Positions 11,801 to 24,300 of a DNA stretch of 64,000 bases are shown one piece after another; the first letter of the stretch is position 1; every line of letters begins with the position of its first letter. Made by a program: the position numbers and the translations under genes. The notes beneath the pieces were generated by a model, which was not told the origin of the DNA, did no database searches, and saw only the letters and a program-made list of their open reading frames with translations. The DNA lies in the NCBI GenBank assembly GCA_030704615.1, contig CM060732.1, positions 44,268,001 through 44,332,000 on the forward strand. Direction: 5' to 3'. This stretch comes from Takakia lepidozioides. Lineage: Eukaryota; Plantae; Bryophyta.

Positions 11801-14800
11801 AGGTGTCCAGAGATAGAAAGGTAACACCAAAGCATACTATATAATGATATATGCGTAATTCAATTCATTAACGCTGTTGAAACTTTTAATGGGGTCGAAA
11901 TAGCAGGACTAGGCTGTAGGCAAAGTACCTTGACAGTGCCTAGATGTTTTCGCCACTGCAGCTTACGGGGTGCCTTCACGGCATGATAGCGCTGTGCGTA
12001 GTCCTCCAGCAGCTGCTCCACCACCTCTGGAACTCGCAAAGTCTCTGCCTGCACCACAGCCACAGCCACAGCCCTGTGATGGGAAAACATGAGCACTAAC
12101 AACACAAATTGGTGCATGTATGTTGGCATGCCTCCTGTGCTGAAAACTAGACCGGGATTTGTATATTTACCTGGAAAGGAGGCCAAAAGAGGGAAGAAAT
12201 AATTGTAGCATCGAGGACCTCCAAGGGCAGTTGCAGGTCTCCTCTACTGGAGGCTGGTCCAGTCAATGTCACATCAAATCCAGTGTGTGGTCTGAGAACA
12301 TGTGTGCTTGCCACGCGGGCACTGGGCTCACTGATTCCCAGTGACACACCAGGTGCTGGGCGCGTCAAGGCCACGTCAAATCCAGTGTGTGGTCTGAGAA
12401 CATGCATGCTTGCCGCATGGACACTGGGATCACTGATTCCTGGTGACACACCAGGTGCTGGAGGAACTGTTGGATTGGCTCCGGACCCTTGAAAGGCAAC
12501 ACTAGCAGTTGCAGGCCCTACGGGGATGGGCAAAGGCGGAGTGGCTGTGCCGCGCTGGTTGAGAGCAGCTGCAACCGAAGCCTTAATATTCGAATTAATC
12601 CGCTTGGAGTCAGCCACATCTTTCAGCATGATTTCGCAGCCATGCATGTTACTCTCACCGAACCGCAGCTAACCCAACAATGCCACAACCAAATTGCCTT
12701 CAGAAAAGCATGCACATAAAAAATCTTATCAGGCTTGATGGCCTTTCTGGAAGGACTTCATTGTTGCTGTCAGCATGGTCGTATTGGATTGAAATTATTG
12801 AAGTGACAGAGAGAAAACACAGCAAAGGTGATTAACAAACCTTGCAAAATAGATCTGATCCTTGAACAAGCTGTCTAAGCTCTAAGATGGTTTAGTACCA
12901 AACAGGAATAGGTAGAGGGTAACCTTCAAAAGTTCCAGGGTGCGAATATCACGATCAGTATCGTAATCTGACTTGTTCAGCAGTTTTTCAGCCAGCATGA
13001 CGCGGTATTCATTGACAAATACCTCCTTTGAACCATAGATGCCCACCAGCATGCTAATGATGTCCATCAATCTGCGACTCTTACTGGTGCGTGATGGGTC
13101 TGCCTCCACGGGATCGGGTTCCCACCTGTCAGTCAAAGAACCAATTCTGTGGAAGGGGGACAAATGGGCTGAAAGCAAGACAGACATAAGGAGAAGAGGA
13201 AGAAGAGGAGGAAGCAGAAGCTGAACAAGAGGAAGAAAGATGGATTTGTTGTACTTTGCGTGCAGTCACCAGCAGCTATAGACCCGGAAGCAAGGAGGGA
13301 AGTACAGACAGACAGAGGAACAGGCAATTGCCATCCCTGACACCTTTGAATGAGGTGGGACGTAGACCCAGTAAATGAGATCCTCTCACCTTCCAGATGT
13401 TTCCGAGGTTACTCAGGGTCTAATTGCTACAAGGATGTACAAAGACCAGTGTACTCGTTAGATAATGTTCAGGTAGCCTTTGGCCATAAATCTGTCTGGG
13501 GTGGAGGAGCAGAGGGGGGTAACAAAGGAAACGAGAAGGGGTCCCACTCTCAACACTAGCTCTTTAACATATGGTTGAACAAGATAATGAAGTACCCAAA
13601 TCGAGGAGTATCTAATCTAATGGTTCCAGTAATACAGTTCTGTACTCAACCAATGAGATCCATATTCTTCAGAACTAAAACACAGCATTCTAAGCTGAGC
13701 AGTGTGAGAGAATGGAAGGGGGAGGCAGAATGCAGGTTAAGGACAAAAGTATGTACAGCTTAGCAGCTGCCCAAGCCTCATCGCCATCACCGTCGGCGTC
13801 ATCATCACTGTCAGCATTCTCCAGAGCAGTCACGCCACGACTCAGCTCTTCAAAAAGACTTTCCCCCACCCCACCCAGTCCCGCAGACCCCCCAGCTCCC
13901 GTGTCATCAGTGAGCATGGTCACAATGCAGCGAATTGTATCTTTGCGACCACGAAGATACTCTTTAATAGGCTCTCCCACTGCCTCCAGGACCACGCCGG
14001 TGGGATCCATTGTGCGCAGTGCTTTGATGGTTGACACATATTGCAGCAAAATGTCTGTGGTTGCTGCTCCTGCTGTCAGCAACCTCTGCCGCAGTGCTGA
14101 GCGAAAAGAATCCACCAACTTGGCGTGCTGCCCTGTATTTACCAAGCACTGCTGCAAATCCTCTATTGCTGCCAGGCTGACTCCCACACACCCATAAATG
14201 TCTATCAGCCATGATTTGCAGATGGAGGTGAGCAGCCAACAGTATTGTGTGTTCTAAAGTTGCTTCCATGTGCTTTGACATCAGAGGAGATATACCCCAG
14301 GTCATAGTTTGCCAGCACTCCTAGCTTGGTATGAACTGGAGAAGTCACTAGAATGTGAAAGCAATGAAATGTATCATTCAGAAGTGGTTCATATCTCCAA
14401 ATAAGCAGGACCATCTAAGCAAAGTTCCTCCATGAGGTAATCAAGAGGGCTCACCTCTCCGGGTAGTCAACAATTATGTCAAAAAGCTCACTAATCCGGA
14501 AGTCTCCAAGTGTCTCATAGGCAAAAAACTGCAGCCGTAGCCGCCACCTGACAACCCTTTCTGTCACAGTTTCATCACTTCCAGCAGCAAGCAATGGTAG
14601 TGAAGTCAGGGGTGAAGGAAACGCAGACGGTGCTGTCTTGAGGCAAGCAGGTGGCGCTCCAGAAGACGCCAGCATAACACATACGAAGCGCAATGGAACT
14701 GCCTGTACACCATGCCCATTGCCTCACATTGAGCCCACTGCCTTTCAAAGCATGAGCATGACAGAGTCAAGAGAGACAACAGGGTGACCAGGTGTGGTGC

Positions 14801-17295
14801 ACAAAGAGGTGATGATGGTCTAGAAAACATATCAGTGACAGGAGTGTAAAGAACAAAAGCCTACCTCAATCCAGCGCCGAATTGGACCCAAGACAGGCTT
14901 TTCGTAGCGCTTGTTAGCTATCGCATGTATTTTGACCTGCACAATCCTTACAAGTATGAACAGAATGTGCCAGTTTGCATGGTCTTTGCTGACAGGATAA
15001 CCCAGCAAATAACAAACACTGCCTCTAAACGGGGCAACCTTTCGAAGTACAGCTCACCACATAGCTTCACCAAATATTCTGTCGTTCAAACATATGTTTA
15101 TTACACCTGGTGCTGGAAATCCAGGGTCCTTGCACTCCCAGTTACACAAGGACAATTAGGCCAGGAGAAAGACGTTAATGGCAGGAAGACACCCACTTTC
15201 AGAAGTGAGTAGATTGCAGAAGCATAGCCTTCCTCACTCATGGCAGCAAACCCAAGTTGGCGGAGGTTTCGGACCACGGAGCCCACACCAGCTACCCACT
15301 CCTCGCCAGCTACAGTCACCACCTCATGCAAGGTGGCTGCACCTGCTCCCAGCCTCAAATCACTACTGGCTACATAATCAATGCCCTCCATGTCCTGGAC
15401 TCCATCTGAGTCATCTACATTCCTTGGTTTGCGACTGTCATGTGAACTGCCATTGACCTCCATATCATCTGGCCAACCAGAAGTGCGGCGACTGCTGAGT
15501 ACACTCTCCATGTCATCATCTTCCTCACTGTGGTGCCCAGAGCTCACTGTGCTCCCATCTGCATTGTCATCACTCACACAACTACCATGTGGGCTGTGGC
15601 TGTGCTGTCTCACTGCTTTGCTGAACTCCTCCAGCCTAGCCTTGAAGTAGAGATTTAGCACCTCTGTCACACAACACATAAGCAGGCCATGATGAGAGGT
15701 GCAGAACAGCCACTGCTGCACCATGGAGAACTCCACATTGCATATATCTAGGCCTTTATCCAGCAGTTTGTATGGACAAGTCCCCAGTCTGGCAAACACT
15801 ATCTTAAAGTACCTGTGAGAGGGGTATGAACATAGCATTTTTATGATGAGACACTGCACTCTCCCGGCAGGGTATGGGAATCACTACAGTATCACCAAGA
15901 AATGTTATCTGAGATGCCCGCGCACAACTTGAAGAAGGACCAATTACCTGAGAAATGTTGTGGAACACTGGTAAGGAGCAGTGCACTGACAGTTGTGCGA
16001 TAGCGTGGAAGCAGACATCCAACGTCACTAGCACATCCACTGCCCCCAAATATGACACCAGCCAGTGTTGCCAAGCACTCCTCCTGTGAAAACTTCGCCT
16101 CACACACCTCCGCCAGCGCTTTGGGGAGGGTTGCTTGCACCCACTCATTCAGCTGCATCAGGTCACACACTGCCATCAATCTTCCCCAGTGGCATGTAGG
16201 GCCATACTGCTGAATGGGAGAGACCCTGCAACATGCAATGCCCATCCAGCATTCACATGAGATGCAGAAACACCACTGCCCCTCAAGTCTTGCCTCAACG
16301 AATCATACTGGTGTGACCAAGTGCAAACAATGAAATCTGTTAACTGCAGCAATTATATTTTCAGCCTCAACCTCAGCCTAACAACCTTGACGCAGTATGT
16401 ACAACTTAGATTCTCCATGCAAACTAAAGATCCCAAGCATTCTACCTACTAACCACATCCTGGACCACCCAAACTTAAATCGCATATTTACATCTTTAAG
16501 GCCACTGCCATCAGCAACACAGCCTGGAGTATATCAAAAACTACCTGGACTGATCACACATTCTGGAAACGGAGATTCAATATCAGGGACACATCAATAC
16601 ATTTCTCCACATTTGTGTTTGAAAAATACTTCCCAGAATCAATACAACGAGATGCAACACGAGATTTAAGCAAAGGAGAGAGACACGCAAAAGCGGGCTT
16701 CACTTGCCTTGGTCGGTCTTATCACTTTATCTTGTTTTAGGTTTAAAAACTCGTCGAATTGTTGCCACAACTTGGACACTTGGTGCTGTTTGAACGTCCT
16801 CTGCAACCCCCTCACAGTAGGAACAATGAATCAAGAGATATTTCTAGAGCTCAGGGTTGACCTCAATAAAATTCTAGGCATTGGTGGATGCAAACACACT
16901 ACTCCAATCTCCATCACAATACCTGATCAATCTCCCAAGTTAAGGGACGGTTTTTGGAGCCCGACAACCATCCCTAATTCGTCCCACAATGTGCATTGAT
17001 CCTTCCTATGAGGTTCAACCTCCTATGCCGCATTTTTTGAATTATGTCCGCCCATAGACTTACTAATTCAGAGAGAAAGTACCTCAAGAGCATCCAGAAA
17101 GTAGTTCACGACAAGATGGGCCAGGCCTTGGTCACACAGGGTTCGCACACTGCTAGCAAAATCCATGCTCTCCAACTGAGATCGCTTCTCGGGGCAAGAC
17201 GAAACGGATTCAAAGGATCGAAACAGACCCGCCGAGAGAAGAGAATATTCCTGCCATGCTTGTCTCACTAGTCCCAGCTTCTCCCTGGCCTCCAT
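8858..17295 (-). CDS. APC2: Anaphase-promoting complex subunit 2 (cullin-like), multi-exon
   Basis: Motifs RISELFDIIVDYPE, RLLTAGAATTDILLQYVSTIKALR, YLRGRKDTIRCIV, WEPDPVEADP, IYGSKEVFVNEYR, CEIMLKDVADSKRIN, LQWRKHLGTV. C-terminal GMLTNFDSLPLDRIHNMLKMF winged helix. Stop at 8858-8860. Confidence 0.95.
10484..11516 (+). mobile_element. 5'-truncated LINE (RT C-terminus + CCHC zinc finger) in APC2 intron, with 18-bp TSD
   Basis: IRPALEYGSAIW, AVRGEFGI and CPLCGQSEDSIHFLIHC motifs, with a frameshift near 10900. Identical CACTCTATTCTGACCATC at 10466-10483 and 11517-11534. Confidence 0.9.
12259..12461 (-). repeat. 102-bp (34-aa) in-frame tandem duplication inside an APC2 exon
   Basis: PAPGVSxGISxPSxxxASxHVLRPHTGFDVxLT occurs twice. 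CAGTGTGTGGTCTGAGAACA at 12281 and 12383. Confidence 0.9.
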
Positions 17296-18395
17296 AGCTC
17301 TCGACCTTCCAACAACACTGGCCCTCCCGCCCCGCTTCCATACGAACTAGCAAACGTCGATGAACGTTTATGCGTGTTCATCCATAAACTTGGCGTCCAG
17401 ATCGGGGAAACTAAATTTCCATGCTTCAACGACGTTTTTCATCCAGCTGTGTGGATCCTTATTTTTTTGTTTCTGTTTTCACAAGCTGGGAGATGGTGTC
17501 AGAGAGCGTGCTAGTCCAAAGTCTGTTGTGCTATGCGCTGGGAGATGGTGGGACTGAGTTTGCACACATTCATGACTTTGCTACCATGATGCAACAGTGC
17601 GCATCTGGAGCACTTGATTTTGGCAAGAGCTGTAGTATGATGGGGAAATTGACAAGAGACTGGTAAAAGAACACTGTCATCAGTTGAAGACAGAAGTGAC
17701 ACAGTTGGCTGTTATGGATCATGGATTTAAGCCTGATGGAAGGATCCAGAGCTAAAACAAGGAGGTAAATAGACCTGTTGGACATGCAAGCCACATTATC
17801 CCATCAATGCCAGAGGCATAAATCTAAGATGAAGCAAGAGCAAAGGCAACTGAGAGCTGAAGCAGAATTCTTACCAGTGTCCTCATGTAGTAGTGAAGAA
17901 AGCACACTGGTTTCAGATCAAGAGTGTCCTGGGTATGTACAAAGGCTGGGCAGGTGGTCATACTTTTCTAGAGATGATTGTAACAAGACTTGACTGTAAA
18001 GTTATCTTGAGATTTGACATAAGGGTCAGTGCCACTTGGTTTTCTTCATAGAGGACACATTCTATCACTGAGAGATGAACTCATTGACCAGTCCCTGTAG
18101 ATGTTAGCCAGACTACTCTGAAGGCATAGTCTATGAGATAAACCCCTGGACCCATTGTGGAGTTCCAGCCCACCAGGGTATATATGAGCATGGCTGAAGC
18201 ACATGGCCCTTAGCTGGAACCAGATGTAACAAATGTGATTTCTATGAATGTTGGACTGCCGGTCTATGATAAGGCTGTGTATCACAGTCGGATGAAAGAA
18301 AGATGCACCCCTTGACCCATTCAAATTGGGGCGGACAGATTGCAGGGAATGGTAGAGTTGGAAAACTTCCATGTGTCACTTTGTTCAACTCATTA

Positions 18396-20532
18396 TCACC
18401 AATAGTCTCCACATGAGCACACCCCATTTTTGAAGTGATGAAAGCGGTTGGCATCTCTTGCAACAATTTCTCGCCCCACAATCTTAGAGATGAATTTGGT
18501 GGCTGTGTGGCAGTCGCCACATACCCGAAGGTTCTTGATTATGCAGATACGCGTTCCAGGGGGAGTACTGATGAGGCCAAAAGCAATGGCCAGCTTCTCA
18601 CTGTGGTGGCAGAGTGCTTGTTCCTTCGTCTGCTGATCTGTATCAAGCAAGACATACCGTGCGTCAGGGACATATCCTGCCGCCTTTATCTGGAGGGTCA
18701 AATTCTCCAACTCTGCATAAATGTCCTCTGTCCGTGGGTGGGATCTATCTTCCACAAAAAATGTATGTACTCTCTTATCAACCATTATCCAGCTGTGCCC
18801 TGGCTCCTTTTTCACACCTCTCTCTTCCATAGCCTTTCTGACCTTTGCTACTTCGTCACACCTGCCAGCTGCAGCATAGATGTTCGAAAGCAGGACATAA
18901 CCTGCAGAATCTTGTGGTTCCAACTTAAGAACATGTTCTGCGGCACGTTCTGCCAGCTCCACATTGCCATGGATTCTGCAGGCGCCAAGCAAGGCACCCC
19001 ACACCTGAGCACCTGGTTTGAATGGCATTTTGTTGATAAAATCCTCTGCTTCATCCAAGCGCCCTGCACGGCCAAGAAGGTCAACCATGCACCCATAGTG
19101 CTTTCCAGTCGGAGTGATGCCGTACTCCCTCATGGAACGGAAGTACTGACCACCTTCATCTACTAGGCCCATGCGGCTACATGCAGAGATCACACCAATG
19201 AATGTGACCTCGTTTGGCGTCATGCCTTCCAATTGCATCTGCTCAAACAGTTGGAGGGCCTCCTCAATATGCCCATGCTGGGCATATGCTAAAATCATCG
19301 CATTCCAAGAGACCACGTCTCGTTGGAGAATTTTGTCAAACACTCTTAGTGCATTCTCTACACTCCCGCCCTTGGCATACATATCAATAAGGGCACACCC
19401 CACGGAGACATCGGACTGAAATCCAGACTTGATTATGTCGGCATGGACCCCCTTGCCTTCTTCCAGGGCTGCTAGGGTTGCGCATGCATTGAGAACACTA
19501 ATGAACGTGAGCTTGTCAGGCTTAATCCCTTGTATTTGCATCTGCCGAAATAGTTCGATAGCCTCCTCAGCATGACCATGCTGAGCAAATCCTGCAATCA
19601 TTGAAGTCCATAAGACCATGTCTCGCTTAGGCATTTTCTGGAACACTTGACGCGCATCCGCCACACTCCCGCACTTGCAATACATGGTGACAAGGGCAGT
19701 CGCCACCCGGACATCTGAGTCGAATCCAGCTTTGGTGATGCCGGCATGGAGTCGCTTGCCCTGGTACAGAGAAGTTGGGCTGACACACGCCTTGAGAACG
19801 GTCATGAAAGTGACTTTGTCAGCCTTCACGCCTTCTCGTTGCATTTGCCAAAAGAGTTCAAACGCCTCTGCGCTATTCCCTTCCTGAGCAAGTCCTGCAA
19901 TCATCGCCGTCCATGAGATCACATTCCGTTTAGGCATTTTGTCAAAAGCTTGGCGCGCATCCTTAACACTCCCGCACTTCACATACATGCTGACAAGCGT
20001 GTTTCCCAGAAAAATGTCTGGCTTAATTCCACTTTTGATGAGGTGAGCATGGACCTCCTTTCCATCTGCCAGGGCATTCGAGTTCGCACAAGCTTGTAAT
20101 AGAGAAGCATAGGTATCGGAATATACTCGAAAACCTCTTTGCTCCATGAGATCCAGAATGTGCACTGGCAGCTTCAACCGACTTTCCTTGCACAATGTGC
20201 TCAATTCCCCACTCATGTCAGACTCCCCCTTTGCTACTTGTCTTGGGTCTCCATGGGAAGCAGTGGTGATGGTGGACGTGGCAAGACTGATACCCGTGCC
20301 CCGGATTTGATGCCCAACAGCCAAATAGGTCTGATTCCATGCTTGAAATCTCACCGCCCTGCATGATAAGCATCCAACAGATCAATGTCGTAGTACCCCT
20401 CTGGCCCTCCCGCAGAATTGCCGTGAACCAGCTTTACTAAAAATTTACAGGTTGTTAGGTAAATCTGTTTACCGACGAAGGAGATGAAAGCGGGACGTAC
20501 CGAACACTCCAGCTTCGTCTCAAGAAGCCCAT
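18396..20532 (-). CDS. PLS-class PPR protein with E and DYW domains (C-to-U organellar RNA editing factor)
   Basis: PLS repeats, PG box PGHSWI, HSEKLA, NLRVCGDCH and terminal CSCGDYW. Probable short first exon 20532-20501 (MGFLRRSWSVR), spliced in phase 2 to 20358. Confidence 0.95.
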
Positions 20533-21359
20533 TGCAGGATACAAACTGCGAGATCTGGGGCATTGGGTGTCCCGAGTAGAGATGCATACGCTTCATCTTG
20601 TTCAAAAAGCACTTAGATATAAAGTAGACAAAGCATCAATGTCTGCTACATTGAGCTCGACCATGGAAATACCACTACAAGTACGGCGGTTCCTAAAACC
20701 TCAAATGTTCCTCAAATCCTTGTTGCTTCTCAAGCTTGCAGGCTAATGTGGGGAGCCAGAGTCCTATTGTGATGGAATTGTCTTCGAAGAGGGTGGAAGA
20801 TGACGTGCCGCTGGAATCTGATCTGAGAAGCGCCGGTTCCAATATAATCTGCGTGTCCTAGTCATTCTGACTATTTCATCCGTTATCATCGGATGTAAAT
20901 CCTTTTTCTATTCATTTTTGGTACCCGGGAAATACTTCACAAACTTCGCTGGAGAAGCAGGCGTGTTCGCGAACGCTGTTTTACCGCTGAAAGTCTCAGC
21001 CGTGGCCGATCTTCGTCCTCTTACAACAATTTCTTTTCTCATTGTACTTGTCAGGATAAATTCTCTGGTAAAATCTTACGATTAGTGATTTCCTCGTGCT
21101 ATTGGTTTTTCTTTTTCCCTTTGCAATTGTGAGCTACATATGAATGCACATCTACTGCCTTCTTTCATCTGGTACTTGATGTCACTGTTTCATTCTTTGT
21201 CTTGTGTCTTAAATATTATATTCATGTTTCAACGATCGTCTGTGGAGTTACTTAGAACTTGCTGTTCCGCAATTGTTTCCTTTCTGGCTTGTCAAACTGA
21301 TCCCTCTGGACGTAATACTAGACCTAATAAACATTCTTTCTTATATTGGTAAAGATACA
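20533..21359. promoter_or_regulatory. Divergent (bidirectional) promoter/5'UTR region between PPR-DYW and MSH5
   Basis: The inferred start codons on opposite strands are about 830 bp apart. Confidence 0.55.
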
Positions 21360-24300
21360 ATGCCAATTTCACAAGTGCAAACCAATGGAGGCCCAGAGGA
21401 ATATCAAGGAATTTCGCAGAGAGAGTTTGAATCTGAGGTACAGTTCAATATTTCTTCAATTCCATCTTTTTCGGCTGTTTCTCAGCTGTAAAGAACATAT
21501 TGCAGGGAATTTGATCTTGGATAGATATAACTAACGCCCCTTCGAACTTTCCACGTCTTTTATCTTTCCATCTCTTCAATTGCGAAGTTCCTAATAAAGC
21601 GACTGAGACATGCTTATCTTGACAGGTGTACATGGCATGTATAATGCAAGGTCGGAGGTAATCTAGGCTTCCTTCACCAATTTCCATCAATTCCAGGCTT
21701 ATAATTTGTTTCCTCGTCATTTTAAGGGTCAAAGTTATCAAAGTTCATTCTTCAAGATGAAGAACCGGCCTGAACTTACTCTCAGAGCTCTAAGACTTGA
21801 CATCCTTTCATAGGCTTGGGGTAGCATATTATGATGCCCGTACACGCGAGATGTCTGTGCTGGAAACTTGGGAGGATGGCAGTCAAGAATGCCCATCAGT
21901 GCAGCTCCGTAAGTAAACGTCATGAACCATCTGTGAGATTCTCCTGCTGGTTGCCTCAGCTTGTTTTCACATGATAGTTAGTATTGTGCAAAGACAACCC
22001 GCCTACTGTTATTTTATAGTAAACATAAACATTGTCCTGGAGGGAGGAGTCATCTCTCGTGGGTTGTTAGTTGCCAAACGTTTGTTAGAGAGCTAAGGTG
22101 AAGCTGCGACAGCAGGAATTGCATATCACTATGGAAAGTAACTCAATAGGTATTGCTCAATATTATTGTAATTCAAAGGTTTTATAGGGGCTAGGATATA
22201 ATCAAAACCAAAGTGTGGAGGCCAACTTTTTCTCTTTATTATCTATTTATTAACTTTTTCTCTTTATTCTTACTGCTGGACTGATGAACTGGCCTTTCTG
22301 TGAATAGTGAAATATCAGGTACAACCTATTGTCATTTATACAAGCACAAAAATGGACGACAGCTTTGTCTCAGTGCTTCAAAATAAAGGTGGCAAACTCA
22401 AGTAACTATCTTTTGTTGACACATTTCTAACTTCCATGGGCTTGTCTGTCACCAAAGTATCCGCCGGTGTTATGGATAGAGGACTGGTAAGAGGTGCTTA
22501 TGCTTCTGATTTGACTAGAACTCATTAGATGTTTACTATGATCCATGATAGAATCCTTAGACTACATCAAATAACTTCTTAGCAGAAGCTCTACTCTTCT
22601 TAGCCTACTAGCCTACAGAAGCTCTACTGTAGTGATTAATCTTCCTTACGGTAGAGTTTTCTCTTATGTGCAATTGTATCCTGTCTTCTTGCAGTTACAG
22701 AGGACTGTGAAGGATATGAAGTAAAGCTTGTGAAGAGCTCAATTTTCTGCTATCAGCAAGCGTGGCACAGGTATGCTCGAGCCACTGCATTGTGCACGCA
22801 TCTGAATATGTTCTGCAATCTCACAACAGAATGCTGCATCAATAAAGAATACCAAGGCCTAGCTATTTTAAAGTACACAGCAGTAGATTGTTTAAACTGC
22901 AGAAATGTTTGCCCCATTTTATATTTCTTGTATACATATGTCATGCTTTTGTAGGTTGTTGTCTTGCTGGATTTGTGGAGGTCAACATATGATAGTGGTG
23001 ACTTGTAGTGGCTTCCTTGTACAGTATGTGAGATGTGATTGCTGTGGGGAGAGGGTGTGGTTCTAAATTTGTATTTCTGAGGTGCTTCTAGATTGGCATA
23101 TCTCCGGGTCAGTGGCATGCAAGAAGACTTGACTGATAGTGAGAGGATGCATCTTGTAAGTTATCAAAGCATACAACCCTCACTAAGCCCCCCTTTCCCT
23201 CTCCTTATCCCCCTTTCCCCCGCCTGCAAAATAGGAGTTTAACGATTTTAAAGGAGATTATCTCATCTGAATTGTATAACTAATGGACAGTCTCAAGGTC
23301 TTGTGTTACCAAAAGGTGAACCACCATGCGTTTGCAATGCCCTACCAGATGTCACGAGAGTATGTTGTAGCTTATAGGCTTTCCTATGCTTCTCTGAGTC
23401 CATCCATGATAGTAGAGTTCTAACTGGTAGATTGGCATGCTGCTGTGGTACAGTTGAACTCAATGATGAGCCTAGACAGTGAGATGCAAGTCCGGGCTGC
23501 TGGAGGCCTCCTTGCTATTCTGCAGGTAGAAATGCTGATCGGTACTATGGACAAGAACAAAAAGAAGATGGTGCCTGTTCAAATTGAGAGTGTTTCTGAG
23601 CTTTCCCTGTATCCTCCATATTGCTGCTCTTATGTGCATGGAGTTGTAACTACAGTCTTCCTGTCAGCCAGTTGTTGTACTGTTCCCTGACAACTGATTC
23701 TCAAGGGCAAGATCCACCAAGATCTGGAGAAATATCCGTTTTAGTCCGTTGGGGGAGAACCTTCCAAATGTGCATAACAAACACGCTAGTGATCTTACAA
23801 CCAAGCATACTTACGCGGCAACCAGGCTTTGCCTACACTTTTCCTTCCATTGTCTTGCATTATTTCACTTGTACATTCAGGGATATCTCTTGAAACTGCC
23901 TGTGCTATCAAAAGCGTAGTCTCATGAGAATGTCGACATGGATTATGGTTACTTCTGCAGAGAAAGGATTGTCCTTGTCAGGAAAGATCTGAAAGGCTAC
24001 GAAAGATCTACCCATGTAAACTTCTCTTCTATGGATGTAAGCATCATTAGGGGATTTACCCCAGGCATGTTCCAATGGATAGAGTTCTGGCCCGGCATTG
24101 GAGCAGTCTTGCAGGGAAATACTGTCCATAGGTTTTGCAAAGGCCATGAGTTTGGAATGTCTCTTTGGGAAAATTCTCACAGCTACGATTCTGTTGGCCA
24201 CGAAGCAAATATCAAGATATATCGTTAGTTCCACAATGGCTTCCTAAAACCTACCCATCTTTCTTGGGCAACCCTTTGCAGTATCTCTTCGGGCCTGGGG

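Noticed and set aside
18396-18830. U-to-C (DYW:KP-type) editing factor
   Set aside because: It has the canonical PG box, HSEKLA and terminal DYW, consistent with the ordinary C-to-U type.
23908-24300. Possible tyrosine-recombinase remnant (THGLCKTY...HAW...Y) in the U12 intron
   Set aside because: The motifs lie in different frames and are too degenerate to support a call.
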